From Protoeuglena noctilucae (Eukaryota), in contig OY253669.1 of the NCBI GenBank assembly GCA_958009085.1, positions 558,001 through 622,000 of the forward strand: 64,000 nt of DNA, given 5' to 3'. Positions 1-15,325 of this stretch are shown here, piece by piece (within the stretch, counting starts at the first letter, position 1; every line of letters begins with the position of its first letter). Position numbers and translations under genes: made by a program. The notes beneath the pieces were generated by a model. It made no database searches. It was not told where the DNA came from and was given only the letters and a program-made list of their open reading frames with translations.

Positions 1-2739
<2,739 letters not shown>

Positions 2740-2746
<7 letters not shown>

Positions 2747-2783
2747 GAGACTGACATTGGTTCTATAAGAGACTGGAATTGGT
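2740..2783 (+). repeat. 22-nt tandem duplication spanning the TBCD stop codon
   Basis: tctataagagactgacattggt followed by tctataagagactggaattggt (2 mismatches). Confidence 0.8.
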
Positions 2784-2884
2784 TGCAAAACCTTGAAGAG
2801 CAGAGGGGAAGAGGAGCATTAGCAGCCCGGTCAGCGCTGGCCCCACAGCGTCTACGCGCAACGTCTGCTCGCGACGGGATGCCC

Positions 2885-4138
2885 TCAGCCCTCGCATTCG
2901 CCCGGCTGTGATCGCGGCCGCTCTTCCGAACCCTCACCGGTCGCTTCCCCGCCCTCTCCAGCCCCCCTCTCCTGCCCCAGCGCGGTCCCCTCCGCACCCT
3001 CTCTCTCTCCCCCGCCCCCCCCTGCCGCATCCCCGCCATCTCCTGCACCCGTCCCCTGCCCTGACTTGCTGCCCTCCGCACCCTGCCTAGCTCCCCCCTC
3101 TCCCTGTCGCTCTCCCCCGCTGCCCCGTGGCCGCTCCTTCCCATCCACGCTCCTCTCCGCCACGATCCGGTACTGGTGCTCGAACAGCCACAGGAGGTTG
3201 TCGTAGCAATCGCACGTGGACCCCTCCGCGTGCCGCCCACTGCGGGACTCGCACCACTGCCGGCAGAAGTAGTAGATGGCCTCCACCGTGCAGCAGCCCT
3301 CCTCCGCCACCCCTTTCGTGTGGTACCGCCAGTACGACGTCCGCGTGCCCTCGTCCAGCTTCACGTACCGGTAGCGGTGCGGCTCCCGCGCCTGCAGCTC
3401 GCTCACGAACCGCTTGGCCTGGTACCACTTGCCATCCAGCACCGCGATGTGGGTTACGGCGTCCGGGGTGTCCCCCGCCGGCAGCTCGGATGGCTGCACC
3501 GCGTCGTCTGTGGGGAACATTAGGGCCAGGCCCTCCCTGCGACGGCGAGGGGCGGAGAAGAGTCACATCTTGGCGGGACAAGGGAGCAGGAGCAAGCGCA
3601 GCCTGCCGCGTGCCTGGGTAGCTCGGCCAGCTCCTCGAAGCCCCGGACGAGCGTGCAGTGCTCCGGGGCGAGGACGGGGGCGTGGCCGGCCGTGTTGCGG
3701 GCGGCGGACTCCCCCGGGTGCATCAGCACCGTGAAGCGGAAGGGGAGAGTCAGGCGCGGGAAGCCGTCGACGAGTGGCACGCAGCACTGGTAGCACCAGC
3801 CCGGGCAGCGCTTGTCGCAGTGGGGGCACCGCCTCCGCCCCTGGGACAGCTCCTGCGGGGCACGGGCGGGGGCGAGGGCATCAGTGACATGGGTCATGAG
3901 ACTAGGCTGCGGGGTTCCCTATGCGCGTTGCCGCACTCCGTGCCTTGGGCCAGGGAGCGAGGCGCAGGCCGGTGTGGTTTTCCGGGAACGACCAGTCCGG
4001 CCTGCGCGTGGCGATGTGCGCCGCTTTGACCAAACCCTGCACCGAGCGGGGCTCCGCGTCTTCTGACGCATTCCCAGCGCTGTGTGGAGCCTCGGGGGGC
4101 GCGGTCTTGCGCCGCTTGGGGTTCGGCTGGGAGTCCAT
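2885..4138 (-). CDS. DTWD1: DTW-domain tRNA-uridine aminocarboxypropyltransferase (DTWD1-like)
   Basis: RRRCPHC..WCYQCCVP zinc motif, LMHPGE..NTAGHAPVLAP, LMFP, VLDGKWYQAK, YWRY, CTVEAIYYF, YDNLLWLF. Two introns. Confidence 0.85.
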
Positions 4139-4420
4139 CCGCGCAGCGCAGCCAACGCACCCGCCCCGCGTTGAGTGGCACTGACAAGCCTTTGTTCAAA
4201 ACGATGCGCGCAACTGGTCAGCCAAAGCCTTAAATATCCATTCGCTACGGCTGGGGCACTGGCAGGGGGGCGCCAGTCGCTCCAATGCCTCCATGCAGCT
4301 CCTCGTAAAGTGTGGCGCCCCAGTGCCCATTCTCCATTCCTCGAGTCGTCCCTGCACTCTGAGACCGTGACAACTGCGCACAGCAATAGCTCAGGCTCGT
4401 CTGCGACGAAGAGAGAAAAG

Positions 4421-5265
4421 ATGGCGGTAACGGGGGCCCTCGCGGGGGCTCTCGCAGTTAATGGACGCACGATGGGAGCGAGCGTGGTTGCGGCGACGCT
4501 GATGGCCGCTGGGGTCGATTGCGCGCGCGCGGGACCTGCCCAGGTGACCAACGGGGCCTTTTCTGGTGGCGAGAGTCATCATGTCGATGCTCTTTTTCAA
4601 TTTGTGGCACCACGCGAGCTGTCGGGGCGTCGAACCGCACACGCACGAGGCGTGAAACTTTTTTTGGCGTCGACCGTCACGTCGAGCCCCGACGACTCGC
4701 AAGCGCAGCATTATGAATTCATTAGCTGACTCGCATCCACATCGTCCGCGCAGACTCCCCCGTCGTGCTCGGGATCCCCTCCGCGGGGTGGGGGGACGAT
4801 GGGGCGCGTTACGCGCGTGGGCGCCACGCCGCAGTTTGCGCCCTCGCGGACCAAGGCCCGCAAGAGGTGAGTCCGACATGCAACGCCGGAGGGGCGCCTG
4901 CAGGCTCTTCGATGATGAGCCTGATGCGACGTTAGGGCGTTCGCTGCGTTCGCAGGCGTGCCACGGGCGGGGGCGATGGGGGAGACTCCGGGGACTTTGG
5001 AGGGGGCTGGTGGGATAACTGGGGTAGCGGGGGCGGCGGGGAGGGCGACGGGGGAGCGGGGGGACGTGGCGGGGGAGGGTCTGGGCCCGAGGGGTGGAGC
5101 GCAGGGGGGGACGGGATGGGCAGCTGGTCCGGAGTGGGCCCTGAACTGCTCTTCGTCCTCTGCTCCCTGGCCATGGCAAGAAGCTGCCACTTCATCCTGG
5201 CGCAAGACGGGCGGGGTGCCGCGCTTGCCATGCTGTCGCTAACTGGGATCATGCACGCCCGCTAG
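4421..5265 (+). CDS. Glycine-rich hypothetical membrane protein resembling an uncharacterised green-lineage family
   Basis: Three exons join in phase: a hydrophobic N-terminus, then ..ATPQFAPSRTKARKR|RATGGGDGGDSGDFGGGWWDNWGSGGG...ELLFVLCSLAMARSCHFIL..HAR* (TAG 5263-5265). The first donor is uncertain. Confidence 0.6.
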
Positions 5266-5681
5266 AACTCTAGAACTCTACCTAGGCTTTGGCGAAGCCG
5301 GAAGCCGAATAATTTGAAACGGCTTGCAGTTTATACACTACTCACAACCGCGACGTGCGTAGAGAACAACTCGCTGCTCCGTGTGCGCCAGCGCGACGCT
5401 GGTCGAGGATGGAGAGCGGCGAGACCAGGGGGGCGTCGGATGGCGCGGGCCCCAGCAGCAGGCGAGGCCAGCGAGCGTGCCAAATTTAAGCACATGCGTC
5501 TGGCCCCGGCGCCTCTGGTTTCGACCCCCGCTGTGATGGGAGTGATCACCTGCATACTGTCTGCCCTCCGCGATGCCACGGGAGCCCTCCTTGCGTCCCC
5601 AGGCCCGCGTACGACCTCGTCGGTAGGGACAACCCGGCTGGGCGCCTGATTTACAATCTCTACGCCAACACGGAGGGCGAC

Positions 5682-6910
5682 ATGTACGGGAGAGCAGCGG
5701 GGAGGAAGTTCTCGGCTGCAAACAGGTCCGAGGCTCGGTCACAAGGCCAGGCTGTCCACTCAAATGGCTTCCGCCCACCTCCTGAAAGCGACGCTGACCC
5801 GGGCCCGCGATGCAGGAGGACGCTCGAGGAGAAGCTGGCGTCGGGCTGGGTCCCACCACCTGTCGAGCCCTCGAAGCCCCCTCCCCGGAAGGCGGTCCAA
5901 GTGCGCGTCCCCCGCGTGGGGCGCCACCGGCCCGGGGATGAGAAGTCCTCTTCGCCGCAGAGGCTGCAGAGGAAGCCCCTGGAGGCCATCCAGATGGAGA
6001 CGGCGCGGGATCTCCAGCTGGACAGGTGCGTCGCTGGCTGATGTCGCATGCGGCGTGCTTTGGCAGTGACCCTGCCCAGACCGACCGTCCGCATGGGCCC
6101 TGCAGGACCCAAGTCCCGGTCCCCAAAGGGCCCCTGCTGGACGATAAGGAGAAGGAGCGGCTAGCGCGCATGATGCAGTACAGGTGAGCCCGGTGCTGTT
6201 GGGTAGTGCCTTCAACATGGGCGGCGCGGGCAGGGGCACGCGGTCAATCCTCCCTTCGCGACGCAGGGGCAAGCCTCCCGAGGCAGAGCCGGTCGCGCCG
6301 GTCGCGCCCCGCGCCCCACTGACTCAGCGGGAGATGCTCGAGGACATGTTTGCCCAGATCGCAGCGGAGATTGACGAGCGCAAGGCGAGCGGCGGGGGCT
6401 GGGAGACGGCCATGCCGGGACTCGCTGTCACACAGTCAAGAGCTTGCGCTGCTAAGCTAGGCATGCGGCTCGCGGAGAACGCTTTACGGATCTCAGGCCG
6501 GGTTTCTCCCCCAGGAGTTCCTCAGCCGCATGACCCAGGCGGGGCGCACGAGGGAGTTCCAGGGCCAGATCCAGGGCGAGATCGCCACGCGCATTCGGGA
6601 GATGGAGCGACTCGACCGCCTGATCAAGACGTGCCCCGAGCGAGCGGCGTCACGCCCACCGCGCCCGGCCCTCGTCCGTGCACGCCGTGGCCCCGTCGGC
6701 CGTGACGAGGACGTCGACGCGGCAGTCGTGGTCGCCCATGGGGACGGAAGGGAGGACCTGACACCGCAGGCCCAGCGCCACCAGCAGCGGCCGCCGCCAC
6801 CCCTGCGGAGGGGCCGCGGGTGCCGTTGCCTGCGCACCCTGCGCCGCTGCGTGGCCCCCGCTGCACGCCACGCACCTCCCGGTCGGCCACGCCGTTCACG
6901 CGCTGAATGA
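5682..6910 (+). CDS. UPF0193/EVG1 family protein (C22orf23-like)
   Basis: RKPLEAIQ, DKEKERLARMMQY, FAQIAAEIDERK|EFLSRM..G..REFQGQIQGEIATRIREMERLD. Homology ends near 6630; the first in-frame stop is at 6908-6910. Confidence 0.75.
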
Positions 6911-7593
6911 AGGCGTCGTAGTAGCCCCCCCCGCGCCCCAGTCGCGCCCCGTCCGCCCCAAAGGCCAGCCCCGGCATCAGGACCAGGTCCAGGGGCCCCT
7001 CCCCACACTCCTCCCGGTCCTGCCCGCTGGCGTAGGCGGGGGAGGGCTCGAGGATGTCGAACGGCGGCGCAGGGACGCACTCGGACAGCGACGACACGTG
7101 CAGCATGCGCATGTTCGAGTTCCTGCGGGAGGCCAGGAGGTGGTCCCACTGCGACGGTCCCCGGCTGCCGTGCGGGCGACGACGAGAGCTGCAGCTGGGT
7201 CACCTGTCGTCGACCTTGGGAAGGAAGACGCGGAAGGAGGGCCGAGACAGCGCGGCGTCGACGAGTTGTTGCGTGGAGACCTCGCGCAGCCTCTCCGTGC
7301 TGACGTAGAGGGCCAGGCGTCGCGCTTGCTGGAACGCGGACGAGGCGAGGATCGTGTCGCTGATTGCGGAACTGCACGAGGGAGAGAAATCGCCTTCTTC
7401 CGCCAGGGATGGCGCACTGCACAAGGGTTCGCGGGCCCAACGCGATGACCCTCGCGCACCTTTCCTCCTGGATCCCCCGCGGTGACAGGCACTTGAGAGC
7501 AGCGCGGACGAGTTGCCTGGCCTCCGCTTTCGCTTTCATCAGCTCCTGGCTGGACGACCCCATGACCTTGCCCGGCCCGGCCCAGCTGCCCAT
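6650..7593 (-). CDS. MTHFS: 5-formyltetrahydrofolate cyclo-ligase (MTHFS/5-FCL)
   Basis: KAEARQLVRAAL, LALYVSTERLREVST, VFLPKV, DILEP, LDLVLMPGLAFGADGARLGRGGGYYD, VPMGDHDCRVDVLVT. Start is at 7593 or 7563. Confidence 0.92.
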
Positions 7594-7945
7594 CCGTGGG
7601 ATGCTCGACGACAAGCGCAGCGGTGACAAGTGCAAAACCAGAGATCGCGGGACGATGCAGAAACGCTGCACGCGGCGTCCACGCAGGAGGCCTCGTCAGC
7701 ATGCCCTAGTCTGGCGACGCACCTGCCGGTCCAACCGCACGCAGCCGTCCAAGGGCCGCTGCGACGAGTTGGCGGTGCCAGATGATTGTCGCGTGCCGGT
7801 CCTGACCATCCCAGCCGTCCGCGAGGGCCGCCTGTCCCGAGAGCGGTCGCGCCTGCCTGATCTCTGCGTTCAAACTTCAGGGGGTCAGCGCGGCCGATCC
7901 GGAGCTTTCCGCGCCGCCGCGGCCTCTGAGTGGTCAAAACTGATA

Positions 7946-9021
7946 ATGTTATGCCAGCGCGCACGCGTGGAGGCGGCGTTTGGGGCCGTGCAGCGCGGCG
8001 TCGGGCCAACTGCCCAGCGTCGTCGTGGCCACCTTTCGCGCGCCGAGCTCGACGACTGGCGCTCCTTCAGGGCGGCGCTCGTCTTCGATCAGACGTCTTG
8101 GAAGCGGGGAGACCCTAACGCGGCGAACCTGGACCTCCTGCGCCGGCAGAGCCCGGCGCTGGCGGCGGAGGAGACGTGGTGCCACCCTACCGGGCTCGCG
8201 GAGGTGGGAGGGCTGCTCCTCGCGACGCCCAGGTGCCAAGACATTCTTCAGGACGAGAAGCTGTGGCAAATCGTCGTTCTCATCGTCAGCTTGGGCGAAC
8301 AGGGTGCGGTCGGGCTGACCCTTAACCGACCCACGGACCTTAACATGGGCGTGCGCACGCGGGGGGCCTTCCCCATGGACGTCGGAGGTCTGAGCAACCA
8401 GCACAGGCGAGTGACCGGGGCACTGACTGTCACGGCGCTTCTGTCGCACGGCACGGCTCTCCGACCGCGAACTGCTGCCTTGCGCAGGGCTCACCTGGGC
8501 GCGTGCCGCATCTACTCGGGCGGGCCGACGGCGCAGCAGAGGCTGCAGGTTCTCCACAGGCACGGGTGGCTCGGTGAGTGGAGGATTACATGCGGCGTGG
8601 AGGTGCAGAGCAGTTGGCAACGAGCTGAGATCTCTCCCTTTCCCGCGCGGCAGAGGGGGCCGTGGAGCTCGTCAGGGGCATCTACACCGGGGGGGCGCCG
8701 GCCGCTGCTGAGGCTATCGCTGCGGGGAAAGCCAGCCCCGCTGATTTCCGGTTCTTCGCCGGCGTCCTCGCCTGGCCCAGCGACCGCCTGGGGAGCGAGA
8801 TCGCCGCGGGCGCGTGGGTGAGTGCCCCTGCGCGCTTAGTCTCCATCTCATGGTCGGTGCTTGCAGGGGGCTCTGAGCGAACGGTACTTCTGGCCTTGTC
8901 GCGCCCGCAGGTCACGGCTGCGTGCTCGCGCAACATCGTGCTCAGGCAGTACATCGACCTCCCGACGCCGCTGTGGGAGGAGCTGCGGTGCATGGCTGGC
9001 GCCACGGACGTGCCAGAGTAG
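7946..9021 (+). CDS. DUF179/AlgH (UPF0301) family protein, probably plastid-targeted
   Basis: DWRSFRAALV, EVGGLLLA, GAVGLTLNRPT, IYSGGP, DFRFFAGVLAW..LGSEIAAGAW, TPLWEEL. Three introns. Confidence 0.88.
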
Positions 9022-9241
9022 CAGCGCTGCTGTTTCACCCATTGGGTAGGGTAGCCCGAGCTCGTGCTTGTTACCAGCAGCCGCTCCCGCACCCGGCCCA
9101 GGTGCTCCCGCACGGCCTGCGGCCCGTGGGCGGCCTCCGTCACCTGCTATCGTTCTAGGTAGAGAGACGCGACCTACATAAATGAACGCCCACCTCCCAC
9201 GCACTGCTCTCTCCCACCCTCGTGCCCCCCACGCACTCTAC

Positions 9242-11660
9242 TCAGCTCCTGCGCCACTGCCATTCATCCAAAAACCCCTCCTCGTCGGCCACCCTCTCGA
9301 TCTTCCGGCTGCACTTCGGGCACTCCCCCTTCGTCTTCCGGCACTTCTTCACGCAATCCAAGCAGCAGATCTGGTGCCCGCATGGCATAAAGGTGACAGA
9401 GCGCTCGTCGTCCTGCAAATAAAGACGTCCATGGGCACTCTGCGCTTGAGCCCGGCACCGCACTGCTGGTCCAGCGCGCTGTGCACCCACGCACCATGCA
9501 CACGATGCAAGTGAGGTCGTCGTCCTCCTCCTCCTGTCCGCTAATGCTGGCGTAGGCTGGTGCCAATGGACTCGCCCCATCTGAGGCGGGCCCCTGGGTC
9601 GGCGCAAGCTGCCACACCTGCGCGAGTGCAGGCGTGACAGATCTGGGAAGGGCCGCACCGATGCCTTCCATCGAAATCCCTACCAAAGGCGGCGCTCCCA
9701 CCGCAGCAACCGGGGCGTGTGTGCCAGAGGCCCCCACAATGCTCTGCAGTTGCGTCCTCGAGATGGCACCCGTCAGTTGCGCCTGCATCGCCCGCAGCGC
9801 CGCCACCGCGTCGGCGCCAACCGCGCCCTGGTCGGCACGCGCCAGTCTCAACGCGACGCGGCGCTTGGCCCGCGACAGCGCCTTCAGGTCCGCCCCGGCG
9901 CCCAGGGCCAGCAGAGAGCGCGCCTCAGTTACCGCCGCCCAGGGGTCCCCGGCACCCCCTGCCCGTGGCGGCGGCAAGACCTCCCCCAGCACCGCAGTCG
10001 ACGTCGGTGGGTAGACGCGGGGCTCCGCGGCCACGGGCGTCCTCGCCGGGGGCGCAGGTGCTGGAGTCGCGGGCGCCCTCGCGGGGGTGGTGGGACGCGA
10101 GCCCGTCGGGGGCGCGTCCCTCCGGGTTCCTGGCTCCGCGCGCCGCGTGTCGCTCGCCGGCGCCTGGCTGGGGGCGGAGGTGGGACGTGAAGGTGCGCTG
10201 CGGGTCTCTGGGCCTGCCCTGACCACGCCACTGCCTGCCTCCACCGCGTACGAGTCCGGGAGGTTCCCCGACGCGACCTGCCGCTGCACGGTGAGGATGG
10301 CCGTCTCGATCGACTCCATCTCTTTGGCTGCGGGCGCGACGGTCACTCGCCATCGCCAGGCGCAAGTGGGGCGCCGTGCCTGCCTGCGAGCCGCGCGTCG
10401 GCTCACCCGAGGCATCCAATGCACCCCGCGACTGCCCGTTCGCGCCCTCCCAGGCGCCCTTGACGAAAGTCAGTAGCTCCGCGCGCCACGTGACCGCGTC
10501 CTCGTCGGTCTCAGCATCCTCCGTCAGCAGATCCGTCGCCGTCAAGGGCATGTCGTTGGCCCTGGGGGGGGCAGCGTCCAGGAACGTGCTGCTGCGATGA
10601 CCCGCCGCTCTGGCCAGTCACAGCGGGGTTGTTCGGGTAATCCTCATCGTACACGCTTACCTCAGAAAGGCCATGACCACAGCGAACGTGTAGGCCTCCT
10701 TGACGCCGCCCATCATAGACACGCAGAGCACGCGCAACCACGTCACGCGCTTGGACGCTGACGAAGTCGTCTTGGGCGTCGTCAGCCCGCGGCTGAGGGC
10801 CGCAAGGAGGGCCGCGCGGGTTGGCGTGGGAAGGTACCGTCCGTCGCCGATGCAGGGCTCCACCTGGAGACGAGACTGGGGCACAGCCTGGGTCACAGCA
10901 CGGGGAGCCCGGCACCCGTGGCGCGCAGCGACGCCCAACTCACCAGCTGCTTGATCAGCTCCTGCACTGCTTGAAACGCTGCCAGTGCGTCGGCATCGCA
11001 CGCCCGCACCGAGCTCTCCCACATCATGGCGTCTAGCGGCCGACCTTGCACCTTGAGCGACAAGTGCAGGCGCGCTGCCTGCGCCAGCTCGGTCCACCAC
11101 GCCTTCCTCGCCACCAGTAACGGGTCTGGTTCGGAAGACTGACCGCTGCTTAGATCCAGCTCCCCCACCCGATCGAGGGCCGCCTGGACCGCGGTTCGTG
11201 ACCCCAGCGACCCGCGTGCATCCGCATTCACGCCCCCCGGGCGCCTCGTTCTACGCTTTCCCCTGCTCCCATCGCCCTCCGCCTTGGCTGCCGCGCCTGC
11301 CTCCTCCTCCTCCGCCAGCAGCTCCGCAGCGATGCGCTGTGCTCTGCGGGTGGGAGGCCGTGTGCGAGCCCTGCCGTGGCGAGGCAAGCGGCAATCCTGC
11401 AACTCGCCAAAGAGCATTGTTCGCAGGGCACGTATGGTCACCTTGTCTCCGTATCCTCGGGTGCCGCTCGCCTTGAGGTCGTGGGACCCCTGTGAGCACC
11501 GGAGGAAGGCTTTGAAGGATAGCGTCGTACTCTTCTCATGAGTCAAGTGCGCGCGGTTATGTGTGCAGCGGGGGCCGGCCACGAGGCTTGAAGGTGAAGC
11601 ACACTGGTCTGACATCTGCCAGATCGACGGGTTTCCCAAGCTCTGCCCTAAATTGGACAT
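9242..11660 (-). CDS. C-terminal C3HC4 RING-finger protein (putative E3 ligase)
   Basis: Spliced C-terminus CIVCM|DDERSVTFMPCGHQICCLDCVKKCRKTKGECPKCSRKI; N-terminal RAQRIAAELLAEEEEA helix. Internal exons and start are uncertain. Confidence 0.7.
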
Positions 11661-11887
11661 TTTTTCCACTTTCTTTTAACCACAATACCCGGCGAGTTCA
11701 TTGCCTCGTCGCGGAAGGGTCCGGTGCTGCGGGTGCCGCTCGAACCTGAGCGGCTAGCGGGGGACGGGGCGTCCATGCGGCCAGGTAATCCCACCGCGTG
11801 AAGGTGTTGGCGACATGGAATAGCCGGGAAGCTGCATCTGAGGTTGCCGCGGTCTCCCCGCGCGCAGATACCTGGTCCCGTGTGCTC

Positions 11888-12939
11888 ATGACGGATGCTG
11901 TGCGAGAGAGCGAGGAGCGCGCGGTTTCATCGGCCAGGCGAAAGGCGAGCTCGATCGCTGATAGTGCGGACGCGGAAGGAGACGGAACGACTCTGGCGAG
12001 GGTGCTGGTGCGGCTGCGGCTGGAGGCATTCGCGTCACAGCAGAGGGACGGCTGCGCTGCGGCCTCCTCGGCCGAGGCCGGCGTCCTGGACCTGACGCTC
12101 GAGCCGTCCGCTCCGGCTGTGGAGGGCCCGAGTGCCGCTGGCCGGTGCCAGGCCCTCCCTGCGTCTCCTCACGCATGGAGGGACCAGGGGCTCCACGACT
12201 CGCGGCCCGAAGTGGGTCTGTCCGCGCACGGCGTGCGCGGCATCGAGGGGCGGGGCTCCATCGACGTGCCTGAGCCGCCCGCTCCGCAAGTCGAGTCAGC
12301 TTTCCACGGCAACCGCCCCGTCGAGCCGGCGCCGGCCCCGGTCGTGACGCCAGTGGAGGCACGGGCCCCGCAGACCGCAGCGCGTGGCGGGGGACTTATT
12401 CGTGCGGTCCCTGACAGGGACGTCCAGGCACAGGTTCGTGCGCCCCAGGTTCACGCGGCCGCGCAGACGGACCCGCCGAGCGCTTCTGCAGTGCACCCTG
12501 CCTCCACCCGGTCCGTCCTTGAGGCAAGCGGCATGATAACCGAGTCAGTGGATTGCATTGGCTCGCTTCGGAGTATGCGAGTCGCCGCCCCTGTCCCTCT
12601 CGGCACAGGACCTGGATCTCCAAGTCGAGGCGGACCGCGTGCAGTCCCTGGTGGCGCGGCTCCGGGAGGCTTTGCGTGGGGGGACCGACGAGGTGACCAT
12701 GGGACGGACGCCCAGCAATCCCGCTCGGGGCCCCGCGCCCCGCCACATGTGACATGGCCTATTGCCCTGGACCTTTGCAGGAGCCCGCACAGCACCTGGC
12801 CGACGCCCTCTGTGGCGCACTGCACCGGCTGGAGCTGCGCGTCGCGCCCCTGCTGAGTTTGGCCGAGCGGTTTGCCGGACTGAAGGCGGATGCGCACCGA
12901 GTGCTCCTGCATCACAGCCAGCGCAGCGCACGGCCCTAG
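11888..12939 (+). CDS. Hypothetical protein
   Basis: One long exon plus two short helical exons (DLDLQVEADRVQSLVARLREALRG; EPAQHLADALCGALHRLELRV..) bounded by GT-AG sites. No family recognised. Confidence 0.45.
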
Positions 12940-12990
12940 GCCTCGCAGCAGATGCGCGTGGCTGTGTGCCGCGCTCTTCGCTTGTGACCT

Positions 12991-14446
12991 TCAAAGCACG
13001 GCGAGGTAGGCCTCCAGCTGTTGGATCTGCCTGCCCTTGGCCTGTATGGCCGACTTGGTGGCCTCCATGGCCCTGTCCAGCTCCTCCTTGTCTGCCGACA
13101 GCTGCGCGTCGTCGCCCCCGTCTCCTGCGGCCAGGCGCGTGGTTCCGTACGTCGGGCCCGGAGAACTCTTCGCCACGCTCGAAAGCATGCCTAAGCAACG
13201 CGGCCTTCACCCGACTTCATCCGCTCTGTCAGCGCCTCAGCGTCCGCCAGCAGCCCCGCGTACTTGCTGTCGAGTACGGCGAGCTCGTCTTCGAGGCTCC
13301 CCAGGACGCCCAGGACCTGCGCCCTGGTCTCGGGGGCGCCCACCTCTTTTGCAGCCCGCAGCCGGGGGTCCCCACAGCCGTCGCGGTGGGCGCGGGAGGC
13401 AGCGCGCAGATGGCCGGGCGCGGGCCTCAAGGTGGCGCCACGGGTGCTCGGCAGCGAGCGCTGCACGCGCTGCACCCCCCCCAGGCGCGCAACGGAGGCG
13501 AGGGAATCGCCTTCGCCCACCCTCAGCACGGGCTGCAGCAGGGCCGTGGCCGACGCGAGCCCCACGTTCTCGAGAGACGGCACAGTCGGATGAGTGCGGA
13601 GGACCGTGTCAGTCATCGCGTCGACGAGGCTGCTGGAGAATGAAAGCACGCACCGCAGCGTCTGCTCCGCACGCTCCAGCTTCTGCAGCACGTCCCGCCG
13701 CAGGGCGCGCTCCCCGTTCGCGCGTCGCAGCGCTGCGGGTGCGGAAGGAGCGACCGGTTGGCGGGGGAACACGGGTCCCTTCCCTTGCACACGTGGGCAC
13801 GCGCCGAACCGCGCCCTTGCCATGGGATGTGGTTTCCCGGGCTTGCTCCATCTCCACCACGTTTCGTTGGATGGCGTCTCTCAGCGTCGCGGCCTCCGCC
13901 AACGAAGCCTGCGCCTCGCCCCTCGCGAGGCAGGCCAGGCTGTCAGCCTGCAGCAGAGGGCGGCAGGGGTCGGTGGAAGGAAAACAAGGCAAGGACAAGT
14001 GGCGCAGGAGAGACCTGCACCCCCTCACCTCGCGTAAGCGTGCTGTCAGCGCCTCAATTTCCTTCTCCTGCTCGCGGCAGCGCTCCTCGGCCCGCCCCTT
14101 CTCCGCTGAAAGACTTGCCACTTGACGTTCCAGCTGTGCAGCCTTCTCGGCCGCTCCTCTGGAGGAACTGTTCTCCTCCACGGCTTTCTGCAAAGCCGTC
14201 TGCATCTCTACCAGCATCTCCCGCATGCGCCTGGCCTCCGCCCGAATCTGCGGGCACAGGAAGTGGGCAGGCGACCGCTCATCGACCGAGGGCGCGCGCG
14301 TGGCCGCCATGGGGCGACCCTCACATCCTCACTTCATCTCTTTCAGCTGCAGTCTTCCGGCTGCGCTCCTGAAGAACCCGGATGGCCTCCGCGGCCGTCT
14401 GGGAAAATGATTCCTGCGCTCGGGGCAACAACGCCAGCGACGCCAT
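12991..14446 (-). CDS. CEP57: CEP57/translokin-like centrosomal coiled-coil protein
   Basis: N-terminal AAEAIRVLQERSRKTAAERDE resembles Cep57_CLD. C-terminal VLGSLEDELAVLDSKY...ELDRAMEATKSAIQAKGRQIQQL resembles Cep57_MT_bd. Confidence 0.6.
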
Positions 14447-14774
14447 CGTCGCGCCCCCGATGCGGCCCGCCGCGGCCAATGACGGCGAGTGTCCGCTTCT
14501 CCAGAGCCACGCAAGCAACAAGGGACGTCAACCGTGCGTTCGCGGAGCACCCACGGACGGAGCAAGTGACGCTGCCTCTTCCCGCTTGTCCTGGCCCGTG
14601 GCGACAAAGTTCAGGTTTGGCGGTGGTGAGCATTAGGGGAATGGAATTCAGTGGGGCCCAGGAAGTGCCACATCAAGTGGGGAAATGAGAGAGCCCTACC
14701 CGCCAGAGTGAGTTGTACAATGTCTATCATTTGTTTCGACCAACGCGCGGTCCCCTCATCAGTCACTTTGGAGC

Positions 14775-15306
14775 ATGGCGGGGGCTGCAAGGACTCCCAC
14801 TGCGGCGCCAGCCTGGCTGCTGGCCGCGTGCTATGGGTCACTCATTCTCGGCGCGGGTGAGCCCTCTCTCGCGGTAAGGAGCGCGTGACATGAGCTACGT
14901 GACCAGTAACAAACTACTCTCGCAGAGCTGTGCTGCTTGAGCCTCGTCGGCCTCTATATCGTGGCATCGCGCTTGGAAGGGGGCGCGGGGGCTCAGGCAT
15001 CGGCGTTGGCGTCCACCTCGCTCGGCGCGTGGTGGATTAAGGTGAGAACGAGAGGATTAAGACGCTTCATACCGTCGATGTGCCCACCCGGCCGAGTCAC
15101 GTGACCTACCTGGCATATGGATACCACGTGGCGTCCACCTTCCGCAGATGGTCGATTGGAAGCCCATCGTGATGCCGGCGTCGCTGGTGGCTTCGGTCCT
15201 CATGATGGCTCTGCCGGGGGCGCGCCTTCAGGAGCATTTCACGGCAGGCAGGTCCGCAGGGGAGAGGGACGGCGCAAAGGAGGCGGAGAGTAAGAAGAAG
15301 CAATAG
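14775..15306 (+). CDS. Small TMEM14/FAX-like membrane protein, absent from the ORF track
   Basis: Three short exons: MAGAARTPTAAPAWLLAACYGSLILGA(GEPSLA)|LCCLSLVGLYIVASRL...SLGAWWIK|MVDWKPIVMPASLVASVLMMAL...ESKKKQ*. YGxL and MPAxLVA recall TMEM14. C-terminal dilysine motif. Confidence 0.55.
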
Positions 15307-15325
15307 GGCTAGGCCCTATTGTAGC

